Assembly: GCA_019058245.1 (NCBI GenBank)
Contig: JAHPZJ010000028.1
Span: 1 to 64,000, forward strand
Source of the DNA: Promethearchaeota archaeon
GTDB lineage: Archaea > Asgardarchaeota > Lokiarchaeia > Sigyniarchaeales > SOKP01
Length of the DNA stretch: 64,000 bases
Direction of reading: 5' to 3'
A program made the position numbers and the translations under genes. Below are positions 1 through 12,047 of this stretch, piece by piece; the first letter of the stretch is position 1; every line of letters starts with the position of its first letter. The notes under the pieces are model-generated. The model was not told the origin of the DNA. It saw only the letters and a program-made list of their open reading frames with translations, and did no database searches.

Positions 1-648
1 ACAAAACTTGCTGCAGAAGTAAAGTCATATAAAGAAGCTGTTGCATCAATTGATAAATCGCTTAAAACATTAGAGCTTGATTATATTGACATGATGATTA
101 TTCACAGCCCGCAACCATGGACAAAATTCCGTGAAGAAGATCCTTACTTCGAAGGAAACCGTGAAGCATGGAGAGCTCTTGAAGAAGCATATGATGCCGG
201 AAAACTTCGTGCCATTGGTCTTTCAAACTTTGAAAAAGCAGACATCGATAACATCCTTGAATTCTGCTCTGTAAAACCAATGGTAAATCAGATTTTGGCG
301 CATATAAGCAACACACCTAAAGAGCTCATTCAATATACTCAAGAAAAGGGCATTCTTGTAGAGGCCTACTCACCAATTGCACATGGAGAATTAATGAAAA
401 ATCAAGAAGTTATAAAAATTACTGAGAGATATGGTGTTTCAGTGCCGCAATTGTCTATTCGTTATGACCTACAGCTTGGCCTTCTTCCATTACCTAAAAC
501 TGCAAATCCTGCACATATGAAAAACAATGCAGATGTGGATTTTGTAATTTCTGAAGAGGATATGGAATTCTTAAAAAATGTGGACCAAATCAAAGACTAT
601 GGAACTGCTAGTATGTTCCCTGTATATGGAGGGAAATTGAATCTGTGA
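1..648 (+). CDS. Aldo/keto reductase (5'-truncated by window edge)
   Basis: Frame is open from base 1 (TKLAAEVKS...LELDYIDMMIIH); AKR motifs RAIGLSNF, PMVNQI, EAYSPI, LPLPKT. Confidence 0.9.
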   Translation, partial: TKLAAEVKSYKEAVASIDKSLKTLELDYIDMMIIHSPQPWTKFREEDPYFEGNREAWRALEEAYDAGKLRAIGLSNFEKADIDNILEFCSVKPMVNQILAHISNTPKELIQYTQEKGILVEAYSPIAHGELMKNQEVIKITERYGVSVPQLSIRYDLQLGLLPLPKTANPAHMKNNADVDFVISEEDMEFLKNVDQIKDYGTASMFPVYGGKLNL

Positions 649-704
649 ATCTGAAAGAGACGAAGTAGTGAATTAAAATAAATAACACTTCCAGAAAGGA
701 GAAA

Positions 705-1064
705 ATGAAAATGCAAATCAATATACAAGCAAATGGCAATAAAATAGTTTATGAGCTAAATAGCAGTCAAGCAGCAAAAGAACTCTATGAACAGTTGCCT
801 TTAACGATTACGGTTGAAGATTATGGTAACAATGAAAAAATATTTTATCCACCAAAAAAACTTCATACAACTGATACACCCTTGGCAAATGCACAGTTTG
901 GAACGCTTGCATATTATGCGCCATGGGGAGATGTAGTAATGTTTTATGACAGTTTCGGTCCAGCAAGCGGTTTATATGAGTTAGGAAATGTCATCTCAGG
1001 TGGTAAGCATATCAAAAACATTTCAGGCACGATAAAAATACAGCGACTTATAAGAAAGAGGTAA
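705..1064 (+). CDS. Cyclophilin-like fold protein (bacterial type)
   Basis: LPLTITVEDYGNNEKIFY...LAYYAPWGDVVMFY pattern; AAAGGAG RBS upstream; typical neighbour of AKR/flavodoxin genes. Confidence 0.75.
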   Translation: MKMQINIQANGNKIVYELNSSQAAKELYEQLPLTITVEDYGNNEKIFYPPKKLHTTDTPLANAQFGTLAYYAPWGDVVMFYDSFGPASGLYELGNVISGGKHIKNISGTIKIQRLIRKR

Positions 1065-1069
1065 AGGGA

Positions 1070-1594
1070 TTGGATTTAAAAGAAAAAAAATGTTTAATTG
1101 CATTTTATTCAAGAAAAGGGAATAATTACCTAAATGGAAATATTGTAAAATTGGAGATTGGAAATACTGAAGTTATAGCGAAGATGATAAATGAGTTTAT
1201 TGGAGGAGATATGTTTTTTATCGATACTATAAAGCCATATCCAGAAGATTATGAGGAAACGATTAAAGTGGCAAAACAAGAATTAAGAACCAATGCAAGA
1301 CCAGAACTTTCGGATCATATTGCGGATATGGAAGCATACAATGTTATATTTTTAGGTTACCCTAGTTGGTGGGGAACTATTCCTATGGCAGTCCGCACTT
1401 TCTTGGAATCTTATGATTTTTCAAATAAAACAATAATTCCTTTTTGTACGCATGAAGGTAGCGGACTAGGAAGCAGTGTGAAAGATATTGCAAAACTTTG
1501 TCCAAAAGCAGAAATTAAAAACGCAATTTCCTTTCGTGGTGGAAGTGTAAAGAATGCAAGAAGCGAAGTAGAAAATTGGCTTAATAGTAATTGA
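1070..1594 (+). CDS. Flavodoxin
   Basis: FYSRKG...GNTE, FLGYPSWWG, PFCTHEGSG motifs. Confidence 0.9.
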   Translation: MDLKEKKCLIAFYSRKGNNYLNGNIVKLEIGNTEVIAKMINEFIGGDMFFIDTIKPYPEDYEETIKVAKQELRTNARPELSDHIADMEAYNVIFLGYPSWWGTIPMAVRTFLESYDFSNKTIIPFCTHEGSGLGSSVKDIAKLCPKAEIKNAISFRGGSVKNARSEVENWLNSN

Positions 1595-1663
1595 ATAATA
1601 AGAAAAAAATTGGAACTGTATATAAAATGGAATTAAGTAAATTAACAAATAATATTTATGTAA

Positions 1664-2533
<870 letters not shown>

Positions 2534-2556
2534 AAAGAAAATAATAGAATAAATAA

Positions 2557-3561
<1,005 letters not shown>

Positions 3562-3630
3562 AATTTAAAGAATTTGTAAGATATACCAGATTTATAATTA
3601 GAGTTAGAGTTTCTTAAAGAAATAAGTCTG

Positions 3631-3828
3631 AAAGATAATCAAATCTCTGTCACACAGAAAGTAAAATTCAAGGATTATCAAATACACCCGAAAATCTTGG
3701 CTGGGTAAAATTATGGGATTTCAGACATAGAAGTTATAGAAGAGAATAGGGCAAAAAATGAATATATTTTCTTTTGTAAGCATAACTGGGTTGAAGAAAC
3801 AAAAGCACTTCTCGAAAAATTACACCTA
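3631..3828 (+). pseudogene. Internal fragment of a paralog of the HTH regulator at 8191-8838
   Basis: Translates KDNQISVTQKVKFKDYQIHPKILAG*NYGISDIEVIEEN...FFCKHNWVEETKALLEKL versus DEDQISVTQKVKFKDHKMHPKMLEGENYGISDVEVIEEN...FFCKYNWVKETKVLLEKL; in-frame TAA at 3706-3708; no start codon, no HTH part. Confidence 0.9.
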
Positions 3829-3971
3829 AGCATTATTTTGGAATTAGTGATGGAAACCTTTTTTCTTCATTAAACTCCCAAAATTAATCATTTTGACAGA
3901 ATTGTTAAATAGTCTCATATCTTAATTCTATTTGCAATATTTTTGCAAAAAAAATTTAAAAAAAATAGCGA

Positions 3972-6563
3972 ATGAAAATGAAAAATAAAACAGATATAAA
4001 AATCTATTTTGTTGTGTTGATGCTTTTATTATGTACTATTCCATTAACAACCACTAAAGCTACAGAAGAAGATGATGATATTGAAACTGCAATTGAAGCA
4101 GGTTTAACATGGCTAGCAGGACGGCAAAACCCAGATGGATCATGGGGATATTGGGAATTTACTTCTACTACGGCTCTAATTGTTATGAAATTCGAAACAT
4201 ATGCTATAGAGTTAGGCATAGATCCTCTTGATGAATCTTATATATATTATGATCAAGTTAGAGAAGGACTGGATTTTATATTTGCTGATGCTCATATAAT
4301 TCCTCTCTCGGTACAAACTGCAGGGGATCCTGATGCAAATGGGAATGGTGATGGTGTTTATTTTGGGGATCCATATGTTAATAATCATCGGATATATTCG
4401 ACAAGCACAGTAATGATGGCTATTGCCTCAAGTACTCATCCAGAGATGATTGTAGATGTTTTATCCAGTGAAGTAGTTGGTAAAACTTACCAACTCGTAC
4501 TAGAAGATACCGTTGATTATCTTGCTTTTGCTCAAACTGATATATCACCTGGAAGAGGTGGATGGGGTTATACCGAAAATTCTGGGGGCTACAGTGATAA
4601 TTCTAATGCGGGTTATGCTGTATTGGGTCTTGGTTACGCAGAAGCACCAGCTCCTTATGGATTTGGAATAGAAATATTACCATGGGTCAAAGATGAGCTA
4701 AATTATTGGATAGATTTTATTCAAGACGATATTACTGGCGGATCTGGATATACTGATCCTAGCTTTTGGGTTAACATCTTAAAAACTGGCAATTTACTAT
4801 ATGAAATGGCATTTGTCGGAGATACAACTGAAACTCCGAGAGTCATTGATGCTGTGAATTTTATCGATGCTCACTGGGATGATACTGATTACTCTCCAGG
4901 ATGGAGAGGCCCAGGACCAGAAGAGGAATATGAACATCCCTATGGGTGGGATTGGCCTGATTGGCCTAATTGGCCAGCATGCTATCAAGCTATGTATACG
5001 ACTATGAAAGGATTAGAAGTACTCCGTATTGAATATATCTCCCCGATCAATGATCCTAGTGGAATTGACTGGTTTGCTGATTTTGTTGAATTTTTATTAG
5101 ACCAACAAAATGATGATGGATCATGGCCTAGTGCTCCATTTTTTGGTCGTTGGGATGATGGAGGTGTTTACGAATGGGAATATTGGGACAATATATTGTC
5201 TACCACATGGGCACTTCTTACCTTAGAAAAAGTAGTTCCTTTAATAGAGGTAGAAGTTTCCGTAGATATAAAGCCTGGTTCTTGGCCAAATCCAATTAAT
5301 CTCGGAAGTAAAGGTGTAATTTCCGTTGCTATTTGTGGTACTGATGAATTTGATGTTTTGACTGTCGATCCTGCTTCAATTCGGCTTACCATTGAAGATT
5401 TAGAAGGTGAAGTTGCTCCACTCCGATGGAGTTATGAGGATGTAGCAACCCCATACACCGGTGAGGAAGGTGGTGGCCATGCACTAACTGGTGATGGTTT
5501 CATTGATTTAGTCTTAAAATTTGATACCCAAGAGTTAGTGAACACACTTATATTGACTTATCATATTGGAGAAACAATTCCATTAATAATCAAGGGCAAT
5601 CTCAAGGAAGAAAATGGAGGGGCGCCTTTAAAAGGACAAGACTTTGTACGAATATTAGGGAAAGCTCTTAAACCGTTTGTTATTGATGACACAGGAGGGG
5701 GTGATTACACTTGGAAGAAAGCGTCTAAACAATGGTGGTGTCAAGGAAGCGGTACAAGTGAAGATCCCTACATAATTGAATATATTTCAATAAATGGGGA
5801 AGGTTCGGTTTCATGTTTAACTATTCAAAATAGCAATGCTTATTTCATAATCAAAGATTGCAGATTTTATAATACGGAAATTATTGATGGAATAGGAAGT
5901 GCAGCTCTTGTATTATATTCAGTAACCAATGGTAAGTTAATAAATAATTATTGCTATAATAATGAATACACAGGTATTAGTGTTAGAAATTCTGAAGGTA
6001 TTCAAGTTCTAGAGAATAATTGTATGGAAAATGCTTGGGGAATTGGACTAACAGGAGGATTTGGAACAGGATTAGGATCAACTTCTAACACTATAGTAGA
6101 GAAAAATGTATGTATAAAGAATTCTCAATATGGAATCGTACTCTGGGATAATGTAGAAAATAACAATGTAACTGATAATATTTGTTCTGAGAATTTAGGA
6201 GGGATTTTACTCGCGTTCAATGCTGATAATAATAATGTTAGTAATAATCTCTGCCAGGAAAATACTGGAACTGCTATTGTCCTCGTAGACCACATCGAAT
6301 ATAATGTTGTAACCGAAAATCTATGCTCTCAAAACGGTGGCGTTGGTATTTATCTCAATAACAGTGCTAATTGGAATGAAATATCATATAATATAGCTAC
6401 AGAGAATAATTGGGGAATTGGGGTTGATTGGGATTCATATCATATGATACAAACTTGCTACTATAATGAAATCCACCATAATACTATCTTGGACAATTAC
6501 CTTGCAAATCGGTTTGATGGAGGTATTGGGACTTGGTGGCATGATAATACACCTCCTCCATAA
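3972..6563 (+). CDS. Secreted multidomain protein: prenyltransferase/squalene-cyclase-like alpha-toroid, VDIKPG beta domain, NosD-like beta-helix
   Basis: N-terminal signal peptide; QW-type repeats (WLAGRQNPDGSW, LLDQQNDDGSW); C-terminal Asn/Gly-rich parallel beta-helix repeats. Confidence 0.7.
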   Translation: MKMKNKTDIKIYFVVLMLLLCTIPLTTTKATEEDDDIETAIEAGLTWLAGRQNPDGSWGYWEFTSTTALIVMKFETYAIELGIDPLDESYIYYDQVREGLDFIFADAHIIPLSVQTAGDPDANGNGDGVYFGDPYVNNHRIYSTSTVMMAIASSTHPEMIVDVLSSEVVGKTYQLVLEDTVDYLAFAQTDISPGRGGWGYTENSGGYSDNSNAGYAVLGLGYAEAPAPYGFGIEILPWVKDELNYWIDFIQDDITGGSGYTDPSFWVNILKTGNLLYEMAFVGDTTETPRVIDAVNFIDAHWDDTDYSPGWRGPGPEEEYEHPYGWDWPDWPNWPACYQAMYTTMKGLEVLRIEYISPINDPSGIDWFADFVEFLLDQQNDDGSWPSAPFFGRWDDGGVYEWEYWDNILSTTWALLTLEKVVPLIEVEVSVDIKPGSWPNPINLGSKGVISVAICGTDEFDVLTVDPASIRLTIEDLEGEVAPLRWSYEDVATPYTGEEGGGHALTGDGFIDLVLKFDTQELVNTLILTYHIGETIPLIIKGNLKEENGGAPLKGQDFVRILGKALKPFVIDDTGGGDYTWKKASKQWWCQGSGTSEDPYIIEYISINGEGSVSCLTIQNSNAYFIIKDCRFYNTEIIDGIGSAALVLYSVTNGKLINNYCYNNEYTGISVRNSEGIQVLENNCMENAWGIGLTGGFGTGLGSTSNTIVEKNVCIKNSQYGIVLWDNVENNNVTDNICSENLGGILLAFNADNNNVSNNLCQENTGTAIVLVDHIEYNVVTENLCSQNGGVGIYLNNSANWNEISYNIATENNWGIGVDWDSYHMIQTCYYNEIHHNTILDNYLANRFDGGIGTWWHDNTPPP

Positions 6564-6944
6564 TAAGTTTGGTATAAGTTAATTATATGTTTCAGGTTTA
6601 AACAAGAAAAATTAATCAATATTCCATTTTTTTTCTATTTTTTTTCTTTTTCTCAATGTTTTTCTTAATTATCTTCTTTTTTTAAGATTTAAAATCATAA
6701 AAATGTCACCGATTTTATTCGTATCTTCGATCTTATTAAGAAATAATTCTATTAAAAGAGGTTAAATTTATCCTTTAAAGTGTGAGAATTCCTACATTAA
6801 TTCTTATATGTAAAAGGATTAAATATAGATAAAAATTAAGAGAAATAATGTGTAAAAAATCAGTTTTACTAAAATATGATTTTTTTGGCTCAAACAATCA
6901 TCTTTTTTAATCAAAGTTTTAAATAATAATTTTCTTAAAAATAT

Positions 6945-7175
6945 TTATTGTTTTAACTTTACTACAGAAAAGTGAGTTAATTGGTTTTTTAATTCTTCAG
7001 CTAATGTACCAAGTTTCTGTACTGTTGCAGAGGTTTCCTCGATTGATGATGTTTGTTGCTCTGTGAAAAAACTTATTACTTCTATAGAGGAAGAAGTCCT
7101 ATAGATTTTGTCAGCTATTTTTCTAATTTTTGAATCTGTGTTTATCACAGCACCTTTTGATTCTTCTGCTAATTT
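6945..7175 (-). pseudogene. C-terminal remnant of a methyl-accepting chemotaxis protein
   Basis: KLAEESK...TEQQTSSIEETSATVQKLGTLAEELK matches the end of the MCP signalling helix; the upstream part is replaced by the neighbouring gene. Confidence 0.65.
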
Positions 7176-7410
7176 ATAACCCCGCATCTTTGCGAGCTTT
7201 ATCTGCTTCTCCTCGACCAATATGACCTTTTACACCATTTTGTAGCAAAATTTTTAAACCCTCTAAATACTTTATCCCGCAGTCTTGATGCCAATAAAAA
7301 TTATAACCTTTTGGTGGGGCAAATCTAAGCCTAAGTGTGCCTTTTTTAATAAGATCTCCACACCAATCACATTTAGTGGTACCCGTGGGTGCTTCTTCTA
7401 TTCGAAACAT
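7174..7410 (-). CDS. Stand-alone PARP-type zinc finger protein
   Basis: FRIEEAPTGTTKCDWCGDLIKKGTLRL...WHQDC fits the zf-PARP CxxC...WHxxC pattern. Confidence 0.7.
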   Translation of the reverse strand: MFRIEEAPTGTTKCDWCGDLIKKGTLRLRFAPPKGYNFYWHQDCGIKYLEGLKILLQNGVKGHIGRGEADKARKDAGL

Positions 7411-7571
7411 CGTATAAAAGTCCTCATTCTGTCAAACAATATTTTACATTAAAATCTCATTGAATTTAAAGCTTTTTTAAAAAAAACCTCAATTAGAATT
7501 GTTATCTCGAAGTGTGGGATTGGATACGCATCCTCCGAATTAATTTTATTTTGGAATAAAAAAATATTAAG

Positions 7572-8039
7572 CTAGATTTTGAAATGTTTTTCTTTCACTT
7601 TCCTTGTAGTTAGGATAAGTTCTTTAATTTCTAATGGTAATTGTTCATTTTGCCATTTTCTTTCTGTATGGATTGATTTTCCAGCATTCTTCACTGCTTT
7701 CAAAGCATATAGTGCAGCTCCTAATGAATGATCTGCCATATGAGCAGTAGCAACAGCATGTCCAATTGAACGGGCTATTGCGATTGAAATTGGATCAGAA
7801 GAATCTCTTGCCGTAGCATGTGCATCTACTGAAGCTTTTCTTGCATTTCCTACCGATGCATTTTCTTTTTCCCACTCTTTAGCTACTGTTAAAGCTTTAT
7901 TCAAGCGTTCATCTATATTATCACTTAGGAGAGACAATACATGATTAGCACATCTACAAGCCCATTTTATTAATTGTTGGTGTTGTTCTAGCTTAAGTGG
8001 GCCGCCCCGATGGTCTCGAATAAATCTTTTATCTCGCAA
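7572..8039 (-). CDS. Imm5-like putative immunity-family protein
   Basis: WACRCANHVL...AIARSIGHAVATAHMADHSLGAALYA...ERKWQ pattern. Confidence 0.65.
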   Translation of the reverse strand: MRDKRFIRDHRGGPLKLEQHQQLIKWACRCANHVLSLLSDNIDERLNKALTVAKEWEKENASVGNARKASVDAHATARDSSDPISIAIARSIGHAVATAHMADHSLGAALYALKAVKNAGKSIHTERKWQNEQLPLEIKELILTTRKVKEKHFKI

Positions 8040-8190
8040 TTCGCATCTGTCAATGATGTCAAATAAATCCCATAAAAAACTATAGGTATAATATTAATTT
8101 GTTTATTTTTCTAATATTGTTTTAGAATTATGTTAAGTTGAAATAAATTTCTAATGGAATATATTATATGTAATAATTATTATATAATTT

Positions 8191-8838
8191 TCAATTGAAA
8201 ATTGAGTGAAAAATTGTTCTTTCTATTTTTCGCAAATGTTCATATAGTGCACTCTGAGAAATTTTAAAATGATTAGCGATTTTCTTTGAATCGATTTTAC
8301 GAGGTATTTCAAAATATCCATGTTGAACGGCATAATAAATAATTTCTTTCTGACGGTCTGTAAGTTTTAAAAAAAGATTTTTATCATTAAGATGTATATG
8401 AGATATGCTTAGAATTTCCAATTCTCCATCATAATAGGAATCTAGGGTATCAATTAGTTTGTCGAGATTTTTACTATCTGTTATAGCACTTACTAAAAGA
8501 CGATCTTGAAATATCATCATCGGGGGTTCGATAATTAGATCTAGTTTTTCGAGGAGTACTTTTGTTTCCTTAACCCAATTATACTTACAAAAGAAAATAA
8601 ATTCATTTTTGGGTTTGTTCTCTTCTATAACTTCTACATCTGAAATCCCATAATTTTCGCCTTCCAACATTTTCGGGTGCATTTTATGATCCTTAAATTT
8701 TACTTTCTGTGTGACAGAGATTTGATCTTCATCTTGACGGTGTATCTGGAATAATTCATATTTTTCCCATAGATCGAAGAATGTCTCGTATTTTGGATCT
8801 AAAGGTATTTTTAGAACGATCTTTTTTAATTTTTTCAT
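8191..8838 (-). CDS. Transcriptional regulator with C-terminal HTH_10 (bacterio-opsin activator type)
   Basis: LTDRQKEIIYYAVQHGYFEIPRK...SALYEHLRKIE. Confidence 0.85.
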   Translation of the reverse strand: MKKLKKIVLKIPLDPKYETFFDLWEKYELFQIHRQDEDQISVTQKVKFKDHKMHPKMLEGENYGISDVEVIEENKPKNEFIFFCKYNWVKETKVLLEKLDLIIEPPMMIFQDRLLVSAITDSKNLDKLIDTLDSYYDGELEILSISHIHLNDKNLFLKLTDRQKEIIYYAVQHGYFEIPRKIDSKKIANHFKISQSALYEHLRKIERTIFHSIFN

Positions 8839-9026
8839 CCTTAACTAATATTATTAATATAATTTTTATGACTTGAATATTCAAGCTTAAATTTATTAAA
8901 TAAAAATTAATTCTTTTTTTATTAATTTTATGGTATAATATTATGTTCGATTAGAAAGGATTTTAGAATTAAAATCAAAAATAAAATAAGAATTATTACT
9001 AAGTAAATAAAAAAGGGTGTAGAATT

Positions 9027-11432
9027 ATAGAAAGAAACGATTTTAATGAATTTAACGATTCTCTCTTCACGGAGCCATATATAGATATTGATGAATGGCG
9101 AGATGAGCCCAAGCGTCATCGATATGTACATGGTGGTTTTAAGGGTACCGACGCCCGATTCTCAATCTACTTCCCTCCGAAGGAACAATATGACGGTCGA
9201 TTTTTCCAGTATCTCATGGCGATATCGGGGAATGAGAATGCTGTTCAGAATCCAGAATATCCTGATCCTAGTTATTCATTAGGTTTTGCAATCGAGAGTG
9301 GTGCTTATCTTGTAGAATCAAATCTGGGGAGACTGAACATGTTTTTAGGAGATGATCCAACTATCACTGCTTATCGAGCCAGTGCGGTAGTTGCAAAGTA
9401 TTCACGTGTTTTGGCTTCTGAAATGTACGGTCCCCATCGCCCTTATGGTTATGTTTATGGCGGTAGCGGTGGGGCGTTTAAAACGATTGCTTGTGTGGAA
9501 AACACTGAAGGTGTTTGGGATGGTGCGGTGCCATTTATTCACGCAACACCAATAGCTATACCCAATAATTTTACGGTGCAAGCTCATGCGATGCGTATAT
9601 TAAAAGATAAAATACCCAATATCATCGATGCAGTGGAACCAGGTGGTAGTGGTAATATGTATGCTGGTCTAAATGTTGAGGAACGGGAGGCTCTCACTGA
9701 AGTGACTAAAATGGGTTTTCCCCCACGTGCTTGGTTTAATTATAGAAGAATAGCATTTGGTTATACTGGTGTTTTAACAATGTTTTTTGATCAAATGGTC
9801 AAATGGGATCCCACCTATTTTGAAGATTTTTGGAATAAACCAGGGTATCTCGGTGCAAATCCGCCTGAATCCCTCCTAAATGCTAAAGTTCATCATCAAA
9901 CGAAAATCAACAAGCTAATCTGGCCCGAAGATTTAAAGGAAATGGGTTTTGGTATAACTTTATCGGCAGGGAGTGTAAGTAAAATAAAAGTACCAGCAGG
10001 ATTTATGATGGAAGATTTACCGGAAGTAGATTTTCAAGGAGCCTCATTAATCATAAAAAGTGATGAAGCTGAGGGTTGCGTAGTCTATATTGCTGGAGCG
10101 TTTGAAAAATCCGTCTTTATTGCCTTCGGAGAGGAGCATTTCCAAACATTGGCTAAAGTTAAAGCAGGTGACAAGGTAGAGATAGACAACTCTGTGTATC
10201 TCGCTGCTCAAACCTACCATCGTCACCAAATTCCTTCAGCTGATTATTATGGTTATGATCAGTTCCGAGACGAAGATGGAAAACCATTATATCCACAACG
10301 CGCTGAATTATTATGTAATCGTTATTCCAAAAGTACGGTTGCACGCTTAAACGGTCAATTTGATGGTAAGATGATTGTGGTGAATATGCTGATGGATGAA
10401 ATCGCCTATCCATGGGGTGCTGAATGGTATCGCTCGAGGATAAAACAGGTATTGGGAGCTAATATTGACGATAACTACCGACTCTGGTACATTGACCATG
10501 CGATGCATGTACCACCAGTAATTTCGAAGTTTGATACGCCTCCAGTAATAACGACGCGAATTATCAATTATAGTGGTGTTTTACAACAAGCACTACGTGA
10601 TTTAAGTGCATGGGTTGAAAAAGGTGTGGCACCTCCAGCAAGTTCTACATATAAAATAGTGGATGCACAGATAAAAGTACCTCCGACTGCTAAGGAGCGT
10701 AAGGGGATTCAACCAGTGGTTAATCTTACAATAAATGGAGGTGAGCGTGCAGATGTTAATATTGGTAAGAAAGTTAAATTTTCCGCGGTTATTGAAACAC
10801 CACCTGATACCGGCTATGTAATTGGGGCAGAATGGGATTTTGAGAGTACTGGTGATTATCCAGTGACCGAGAAACTCAAAGATACTAAAAGCTCTCATGT
10901 AGAGGTGAAAACAACTTATTCATATTCAGAGCCAGGTACTTACTTCCCAGCAATTCGTGTAACCTCGCATAGACAGGGCGATCCTAAAACTCATTACGCT
11001 CGAATCCAGAATATTGGTCGTGTGAGGGTCGTGGTAACCGGTAAAGGAAAGCAAAAGGAAGAACCTGAAGGTAAAGAATTAATACTTGAATTAAAAGAGA
11101 AACCAGCCGATTTTCAAAAGATAGTAAACAAGTTCTTTGATACAATAGGACAACATGTTACTGAAGTTCAGGGAAGAGAGATTTCAACTAATGAGATAGG
11201 GCCAAGAACTGAACTTTCCACAAAATTCGAAGTTGTTCCTTCAGCTGGAGAAACTTTCTATACCGTCAGTTTTGAAGATACAGAGTCGGGTATTGGCGTT
11301 TTTGTTGAAATAGATATTAAGGTTGGAGGAGCATATAAAATGATGGCAAAAATGATAAAAAAAATGACTTCAAAATCGATTAAAGAAAATGCTATAGAAA
11401 CCCTCAATAAAATTTTAGAAGAAAATGAATGA
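9027..11432 (+). CDS. Tannase-like alpha/beta hydrolase with PKD-like domain and extra C-terminal domain; probable ATA start
   Basis: GYVYGGSGG nucleophile elbow; AEWDFE...YSEPGTYF PKD-like segment; frame open from 9003 and encodes EPYIDIDEWRD...HRYVHGGFKGTDARFS upstream of the first ATG (9216). Confidence 0.7.
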   Translation: MERNDFNEFNDSLFTEPYIDIDEWRDEPKRHRYVHGGFKGTDARFSIYFPPKEQYDGRFFQYLMAISGNENAVQNPEYPDPSYSLGFAIESGAYLVESNLGRLNMFLGDDPTITAYRASAVVAKYSRVLASEMYGPHRPYGYVYGGSGGAFKTIACVENTEGVWDGAVPFIHATPIAIPNNFTVQAHAMRILKDKIPNIIDAVEPGGSGNMYAGLNVEEREALTEVTKMGFPPRAWFNYRRIAFGYTGVLTMFFDQMVKWDPTYFEDFWNKPGYLGANPPESLLNAKVHHQTKINKLIWPEDLKEMGFGITLSAGSVSKIKVPAGFMMEDLPEVDFQGASLIIKSDEAEGCVVYIAGAFEKSVFIAFGEEHFQTLAKVKAGDKVEIDNSVYLAAQTYHRHQIPSADYYGYDQFRDEDGKPLYPQRAELLCNRYSKSTVARLNGQFDGKMIVVNMLMDEIAYPWGAEWYRSRIKQVLGANIDDNYRLWYIDHAMHVPPVISKFDTPPVITTRIINYSGVLQQALRDLSAWVEKGVAPPASSTYKIVDAQIKVPPTAKERKGIQPVVNLTINGGERADVNIGKKVKFSAVIETPPDTGYVIGAEWDFESTGDYPVTEKLKDTKSSHVEVKTTYSYSEPGTYFPAIRVTSHRQGDPKTHYARIQNIGRVRVVVTGKGKQKEEPEGKELILELKEKPADFQKIVNKFFDTIGQHVTEVQGREISTNEIGPRTELSTKFEVVPSAGETFYTVSFEDTESGIGVFVEIDIKVGGAYKMMAKMIKKMTSKSIKENAIETLNKILEENE

Positions 11433-11654
11433 TCTCTTATTTTTAGCTTTTTCAGATCATCCCTTTTTTATTTCTATTGAACCAATAATTTTATTTTTCT
11501 ACAAAAAGTTGGATATCTATCAACGATAATTATATTTCTTACAGTCATAATATAGATTAAATTGTTTTTCTACTATTTTTTATAGTTTTTAAAGCATTGT
11601 TTTAAATATTTAATCTCCAGTTTAATATAAAAAAGAATTGAGGTGGAAAAAAAA

Positions 11655-12029
11655 ATGGTTGGAACTGTTAAAATTGAAAACTCAGATCTTGTTTTTGAAT
11701 TGCACGGAATTGATATAATACTTAGTATTAAAAGGCAAATAAGAGTTCCTCTTAAACATGTAACCTCTGTATCAACAGAACATGTTACTCGGGATCCAAA
11801 ATTGCAGATGAGGCTAGTTGGTGCTCGTATTCCAACAATTATTAAGGATGGAATATTTCTGACTTCTGAAGGTATGATGTTCTTTGAGATGCATGATCCT
11901 GATAAATGTATTACAGTCAATCTAAATCATGAACATTATAAGAAGATTGTTTTTGAAGTGGATGATAAGGAAGCTGTGGCGAAAGAGATTAATGACGCAA
12001 TAAAATCACAATTGCAAACCGTTTATTAG
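11655..12029 (+). CDS. Conserved hypothetical protein (possibly PH-like)
   Basis: Clean ORF; GAGGTGG RBS precedes ATG 11655. Confidence 0.6.
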   Translation: MVGTVKIENSDLVFELHGIDIILSIKRQIRVPLKHVTSVSTEHVTRDPKLQMRLVGARIPTIIKDGIFLTSEGMMFFEMHDPDKCITVNLNHEHYKKIVFEVDDKEAVAKEINDAIKSQLQTVY

Positions 12030-12047
12030 ATTTGGGTTGAAGTAGAG

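Noticed and set aside
7505-7545. GC-richer intergenic stretch (TCGAAGTGTGGGATTGGATACGCATCCTCCGA) as tRNA fragment or SECIS
   Set aside because: Can form a weak hairpin but has no cloverleaf or T-loop consensus, and no nearby in-frame TGA gene was found
9027-9100. Genome-wide reassignment of ATA to Met
   Set aside because: Internal ATA codons fall at ordinary Ile positions (for example PYIDIDEW) and are very frequent; the evidence supports only initiation use
8928-9282. ORFs 8928-9131 (-) and 9088-9282 (+)
   Set aside because: They overlap the extended N-terminus of the hydrolase in other frames and carry no motifs
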